From the NCBI GenBank assembly GCA_023659935.1, contig JAGXOK010000003.1:1-47820 (forward strand): a stretch of DNA of 47,820 bases, written 5' to 3'. A program made the position numbers and the translations under genes. The stretch's first letter is position 1. Each line of letters opens with the position of its first letter. Source of the stretch: Candidatus Aenigmarchaeota archaeon LH_S6. Its GTDB lineage: Archaea > Aenigmatarchaeota > Aenigmatarchaeia > QMZS01. This document shows, one piece after another, positions 44,500 through 47,820 of the stretch. The notes under the pieces were generated by a model. It searched no databases, had not been told where the DNA came from, and was given only the letters and a program-made list of their open reading frames with translations.

Positions 44500-44974
44500 A
44501 ATTAAATAACAAAACTTGAAGTGAAACAATAGAGTTATTTAAAATTCCTACTCTATCAACCTTAACAATTGAAGAAGCATTTTCTATATTTTTTCCAAAA
44601 CTATAAAGAGCTGAATTGTCTTCAAAAATTGTTATATTATAATCATTTTTTAAACCAAGCAAAACCAAAGATTTTTGGTATCCTATTTCTTCTAGACTTT
44701 TAAGTTTGCTCCAACTGATCCTATTATTTGCTTCCAACCCAATAACTGCAACATTACTGCTATTCCAATTTTTTGGATAACCTTCATCAAAAAAAATCTC
44801 ACTTAGTTTATAGGTTTCATCAATTAGTTCATTTTTATCCCTGATTTCATTTAACTCTTTTGTATTATGACCTACTTGGGCTAATAGTATTGCAGTAATA
44901 AGAATAAATAGAGTAGTAGCTATTAAAAAATCAAAGGAGAGAGCCTGGCCTTTTAGTTTCTTACATACTTCCAT
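44492..44974 (-). CDS. Class III signal peptide (pilin-like) protein, GYPxNWN family
   Basis: MEVCKKLKG/QALSFDFLIATTLFILITAILLAQ, then ...EGYPKNWNSSNVAVIGLE... Paralog of 6145..6654. Confidence 0.6.
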   Translation of the reverse strand: MEVCKKLKGQALSFDFLIATTLFILITAILLAQVGHNTKELNEIRDKNELIDETYKLSEIFFDEGYPKNWNSSNVAVIGLEANNRISWSKLKSLEEIGYQKSLVLLGLKNDYNITIFEDNSALYSFGKNIENASSIVKVDRVGILNNSIVSLQVLLFNYE

Positions 44975-45002
44975 AATTAAATTATTTCTTACAACAAAAG
45001 GA

Positions 45003-45593
45003 TTAAATAATCTTTTTGGACTTTAATAAGTAATAACAAATTCCAGCGATGATTATTAGGATAGGTATAGGTTTTTCTTTTGGTTTTTCTACTGGAGCAG
45101 AGTTACAACTTAAAGTTGTTCTGTTACAACAATATTCACAACTCTCTATTGTTGTCCAGGTATTGTCTTTGCATTCCTGTAGGTTATTATCAGAGCATTT
45201 CTTCTCTCCTTCAGTGCAGATTTTTTCTGGAATTTCTGCTTGTTTTTTATTACATTTTAGTAGAGTTGAATTGCAACCATATTCACATTCCTCTATCAAT
45301 TTCCAAGAGTTATTTATACATTGCTCTAAGTTATTATCTGAACATCTTTTTTCTCCTTCAGTGCAAATTTCTTCAATAATTTCCCCGTGTATCTTCTTTA
45401 TTGTTAAGTTTGCTGTGTATTTGCAAGTCTCTCTATTTTTATTATAAGGTTTATATTTGGACAATCCACTTAACCTATATACTTTGTTAAAATCAAAAAC
45501 CACTAATTTATTTCTATTAATTACAGATAAAATATATTGTTCGGTCTTTGAGATTCCTTTATAACTTATAATAGGTTCCTTTTGTTTTTTCAT
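45003..45593 (-). CDS. Chimeric Cys-rich membrane-anchored protein (no signal peptide; C-terminal two-thirds duplicated from the neighbouring gene)
   Basis: Two CTEGEK(R/K)CSDNNL(E/Q)(Q/E)C..N.W......CEY.CN..(L)(K/S)CN modules plus a TM anchor PIPILIIIAGICYYLLKSKKII. Nucleotides ~45104..45365 closely match ~45774..46035. Confidence 0.6.
   Translation of the reverse strand: MKKQKEPIISYKGISKTEQYILSVINRNKLVVFDFNKVYRLSGLSKYKPYNKNRETCKYTANLTIKKIHGEIIEEICTEGEKRCSDNNLEQCINNSWKLIEECEYGCNSTLLKCNKKQAEIPEKICTEGEKKCSDNNLQECKDNTWTTIESCEYCCNRTTLSCNSAPVEKPKEKPIPILIIIAGICYYLLKSKKII
45104..45365. repeat. Dispersed duplicate (copy A) of the Cys-rich module coding region
   Basis: High identity by eye to 45774..46035 (offset 670-672 bp), including an almost exact stretch of about 135 nt (ttgttctgttacaac...cagtgcagattttttctggaatttctgct). 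Confidence 0.8.
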
Positions 45594-45638
45594 AATATAT
45601 TAATAAAGATTATAAAGGAGTTTTCTATTTTTTATCAA

Positions 45639-47820
45639 TTATTTCTTTTCCTTCCTAGTTTTTCTTTTCTTGCCCTTTATAAGACTAACCAAAACTCCAG
45701 CTAATATTCCAATCACTAGAAGAGCTAATAGAGGAATTAAGTAATTTGGCTTTTCTACCTCAGGCTCTGGATTGCAGCTTAAGGTTGTTCTGTTACAACC
45801 ATATTCACAACTATCTATCGTTGTCCAGGTATTGTCTTTGCATTCCTGTAGATTATTATCAGAGCATTTCTTCTCTCCTTCAGTGCAGATTTTTTCTGGA
45901 ATTTCTGCTGGTTTTATTAGATTACAGGTTAAACTTGTTGAATTGCAACCATATTCACAGCTCTCTGCTATTTGCCAGGAATTATTTGAACATCTCTCTA
46001 AGTTATTATTTGAACATCTTTTTTCTCCTTCATCACAAACTTTTACTACTTTTTCCTCTCCACCAAGTGCAAAGTAACTGAATCCTGGAGTTTCTGCTTC
46101 ATAGTTTATATAATCACTTGTTTCATTTAGTAGTTTTGTTTTTAACTTCTGCCATTCCTCACCAGCAAACCTGTAAAGATAAATTTTGTTTTTATCTAAA
46201 TTGTTTTTTGTAATCCAAGATTTATTAACTTCAAATTGGATTTTTGCTTTCTCCAGGTTGGTTTCTTCCAAATTTTCCGTGTTAATCTCCAAATATTTGT
46301 AAGTTTTTCCCTCTATTCCTTTTGTAACAGAAGCTGGCTTTCCTTTTAATTTGGTTACTGTTAGTTTAACATTGTTTGCCTGATTTTTTACTTCTATTTC
46401 AATTTGTTTTAATCCAATTTCTTTCTTTGTTATTTTCATTATTTCTGCAACTCCTGGGGTTAGTTTCATCCAAAGAGAGGATTGTCTTGGTGCTGGTGGT
46501 GTGTAAGTTCCTCCTCCTCCACCACTATAAGAATGACATTTATTGTCTGAGCCACAGTAATCAGAACAGTGAGAGTCTTTATAACATTCCCAACCTGAAG
46601 GTTTGCACAATCCAGATAAACAGTTACCTGAAGAACATTCATTGTCTACTGAACAGGAATTGTCATTCGAATATTTTATATTTAGGTATAAAGTTGTTGA
46701 ATTTACTTTGTTTCCAGCATTGTCAGTTGCTTCAACAGTTATTGTATGATTTCCTTCTGATAAAGTTGATAGATTTACTGAAGTTAGGGTGTTGTTATCT
46801 GCTGTTCCTGTTTCGTTTGAATCTCCATCTATATAGAAAGTGTATTCTATTGCAGAATCTAAATTATCTGTTAGATTGAAAGTTATTTCTGGAGTATTAT
46901 CATTTGTCCAGGTATCGTTTTCTGGGGAGGTGATTTCTGAGGTTGGATTTGTTGTATCTAGTAGAATTGTCTTTGTTTCTGTCTGATTTGTATTTCCTGC
47001 TGTATCATTAATATAAGCCTTTATTGTGTAAGTTCCATCTGATAAGGAAGTTTTATTCTCCCAATATATATCTCCATCCTGGTTATCAAAACTTTCATTA
47101 GTTCCATTCCATTCAAATAGAACAGTATCTTTGTTTGTATCTGAGGCTGTTATATTTATGAAAGTCCAGTTTTGGGAGTGATTTCCTGTTTCTGTTGTTG
47201 GGTCTGTGAAGTTTATTGTTGGGTTTGTTGTGTCTATTTCTATTGTCCTTGTTTCTGTTTTATTTGTATGTCCCAGAGTATCATTTACTGTTGCGTTTAA
47301 GTAATAGGTATCATCTGGTAAACCCGTGTAATTAATATAGATTTGTGTGTCTGAGGTTGTGTTTTCTTGGTATAGTCCTGTTGAGTTGTAGAGGGAGAGA
47401 GTTAGGGTATCAAAGTTTGTATCTGATGCAGTTACATTTGCTGAGATCCAGTCTTGGGAGTAATTTCCTGTTTCTGTTGTTGGGTCTGTGAAGTTTATTG
47501 TTGGGTTTATTGTATCTATTTCAATATTAGTTATTGTTGTTGTATTTGAATTTCCTGCTGTATCATAAGCAGTTGCAGTTATGTTATAAACTCCATCTGG
47601 AGCATATAAAGATACTTCCCAATCGGAAGAAGAATTTGTTGTTGAGTTTATGATTGTACCTCCTTGCTTTATTGATATATTTGTATAGTTTAGGTTAAGG
47701 TCTGATGAGGTTCCGTTTATAATGTAATTGTTTACAAGGGAATCTGAAGAAGGATGGGTTATTGATATTGTTGGGTTTGTTGTGTCTATTTCTATTGTCC
47801 TTGTTTCTGTTTTATTTGTA
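45639..47820 (-). CDS. Large surface protein, 5'-truncated by the window edge: tandem Ig-like domains, Cys knot, PGF-pre-PGF-like domain, two Cys-rich modules, TM anchor with basic tail
   Basis: The track starts at a TTG (46610), but hand translation upstream stays open as far as I checked (about 46980): ...TLSEGNHTITVEATDNAGNKVNSTTLYLNIKYSNDNSCSVDNECSSGNCLSGLCKPSGWEC... The C-terminus is NYLIPLLALLVIGILAGVLVSLIKGKKRKTRKEKK. Confidence 0.8.
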   Translation of the reverse strand, partial: TNKTETRTIEIDTTNPTISITHPSSDSLVNNYIINGTSSDLNLNYTNISIKQGGTIINSTTNSSSDWEVSLYAPDGVYNITATAYDTAGNSNTTTITNIEIDTINPTINFTDPTTETGNYSQDWISANVTASDTNFDTLTLSLYNSTGLYQENTTSDTQIYINYTGLPDDTYYLNATVNDTLGHTNKTETRTIEIDTTNPTINFTDPTTETGNHSQNWTFINITASDTNKDTVLFEWNGTNESFDNQDGDIYWENKTSLSDGTYTIKAYINDTAGNTNQTETKTILLDTTNPTSEITSPENDTWTNDNTPEITFNLTDNLDSAIEYTFYIDGDSNETGTADNNTLTSVNLSTLSEGNHTITVEATDNAGNKVNSTTLYLNIKYSNDNSCSVDNECSSGNCLSGLCKPSGWECYKDSHCSDYCGSDNKCHSYSGGGGGTYTPPAPRQSSLWMKLTPGVAEIMKITKKEIGLKQIEIEVKNQANNVKLTVTKLKGKPASVTKGIEGKTYKYLEINTENLEETNLEKAKIQFEVNKSWITKNNLDKNKIYLYRFAGEEWQKLKTKLLNETSDYINYEAETPGFSYFALGGEEKVVKVCDEGEKRCSNNNLERCSNNSWQIAESCEYGCNSTSLTCNLIKPAEIPEKICTEGEKKCSDNNLQECKDNTWTTIDSCEYGCNRTTLSCNPEPEVEKPNYLIPLLALLVIGILAGVLVSLIKGKKRKTRKEKK
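45774..46035. repeat. Dispersed duplicate (copy B) of the Cys-rich module coding region
   Basis: See 45104..45365. Confidence 0.8.
46930..47820. repeat. Tandem coding repeats (period about 270-282 bp, one Ig-like domain each)
   Basis: Domain-boundary motif attgttgggttt(g/a)ttgt(g/a)tctattt... occurs at ~46945, 47215, 47497 and 47767. 47215..47268 and 47767..47820 are an exact 54-nt match. Confidence 0.8.

Noticed and set aside
39379-46879. ORFs 39379..39585(-), 39857..40051(-), 40230..40415(+), 40694..40909(+), 41461..41715(+), 42705..42983(-), 43115..43372(+), 45049..45447(+), 45080..45379(+), 45746..46081(+), 45772..46077(+) and 46376..46879(+)
   Set aside because: They are antisense or alternate-frame overlaps of longer ORFs with recognisable domains. 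The paired plus-strand ORFs at 45049-45447 and 45746-46081 merely reflect the duplicated Cys-module DNA.

Overview
AT-rich window (hand-counted 60-nt samples gave roughly 27-37% G+C). The gene content is archaeal and looks DPANN-like; that lineage call is an inference from Epd-type QxSxEY class III signal peptides, FlaJ/TadC-like platform genes, an archaeosortase-family protein, many KaiC-like ATPases, Fae, and giant Cys- and N-x-S/T-rich surface proteins. Most of the window encodes cell-surface machinery.

(1) 1-8484, minus strand: a giant Cys-rich secreted protein that is missing from the ORF track because it runs off the window, then a small archaeosortase-family protein, a pilin-like protein and two half-size T2SS-F platform genes.

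(2) 8565-12396: housekeeping and stress genes (Hsp20, an MNT nucleotidyltransferase, PEP synthase).

(3) 12730-22826, minus strand: nine tightly packed genes, all with pilin-like or signal-anchor N-termini. They include 532-853 aa Cys-rich proteins and a vWA protein. The block is interrupted by a 5'-truncated TnpB remnant whose 3' end and flank are duplicated exactly (237 bp).

(4) ndk, then a 2823-aa surface protein with nested intragenic repeats and an unusual membrane-spanning, OB-fold-like tail.

(5) A 1776-bp insertion bounded by 70-bp direct repeats. It carries a decayed IS5-like transposase and a visibly GC-richer TasA/camelysin-like gene.

(6) 33821-39637: a dense cluster of seven KaiC-like domains (three with intact Walker A, three degenerate, one 5' remnant) wrapped around an operon encoding a KaiC-like::small-GTPase fusion, Roadblock, a V4R-like protein and Fae.

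(7) 39684-47820: an Epd-type pilin followed by a second pilin-like/vWA operon, including a gene pair that an A7 tract could fuse, and two Cys-rich anchored surface proteins. The last one runs off the window.

I saw no rRNA, tRNA or CRISPR array. All family assignments come from motif recognition by eye, not database searches.
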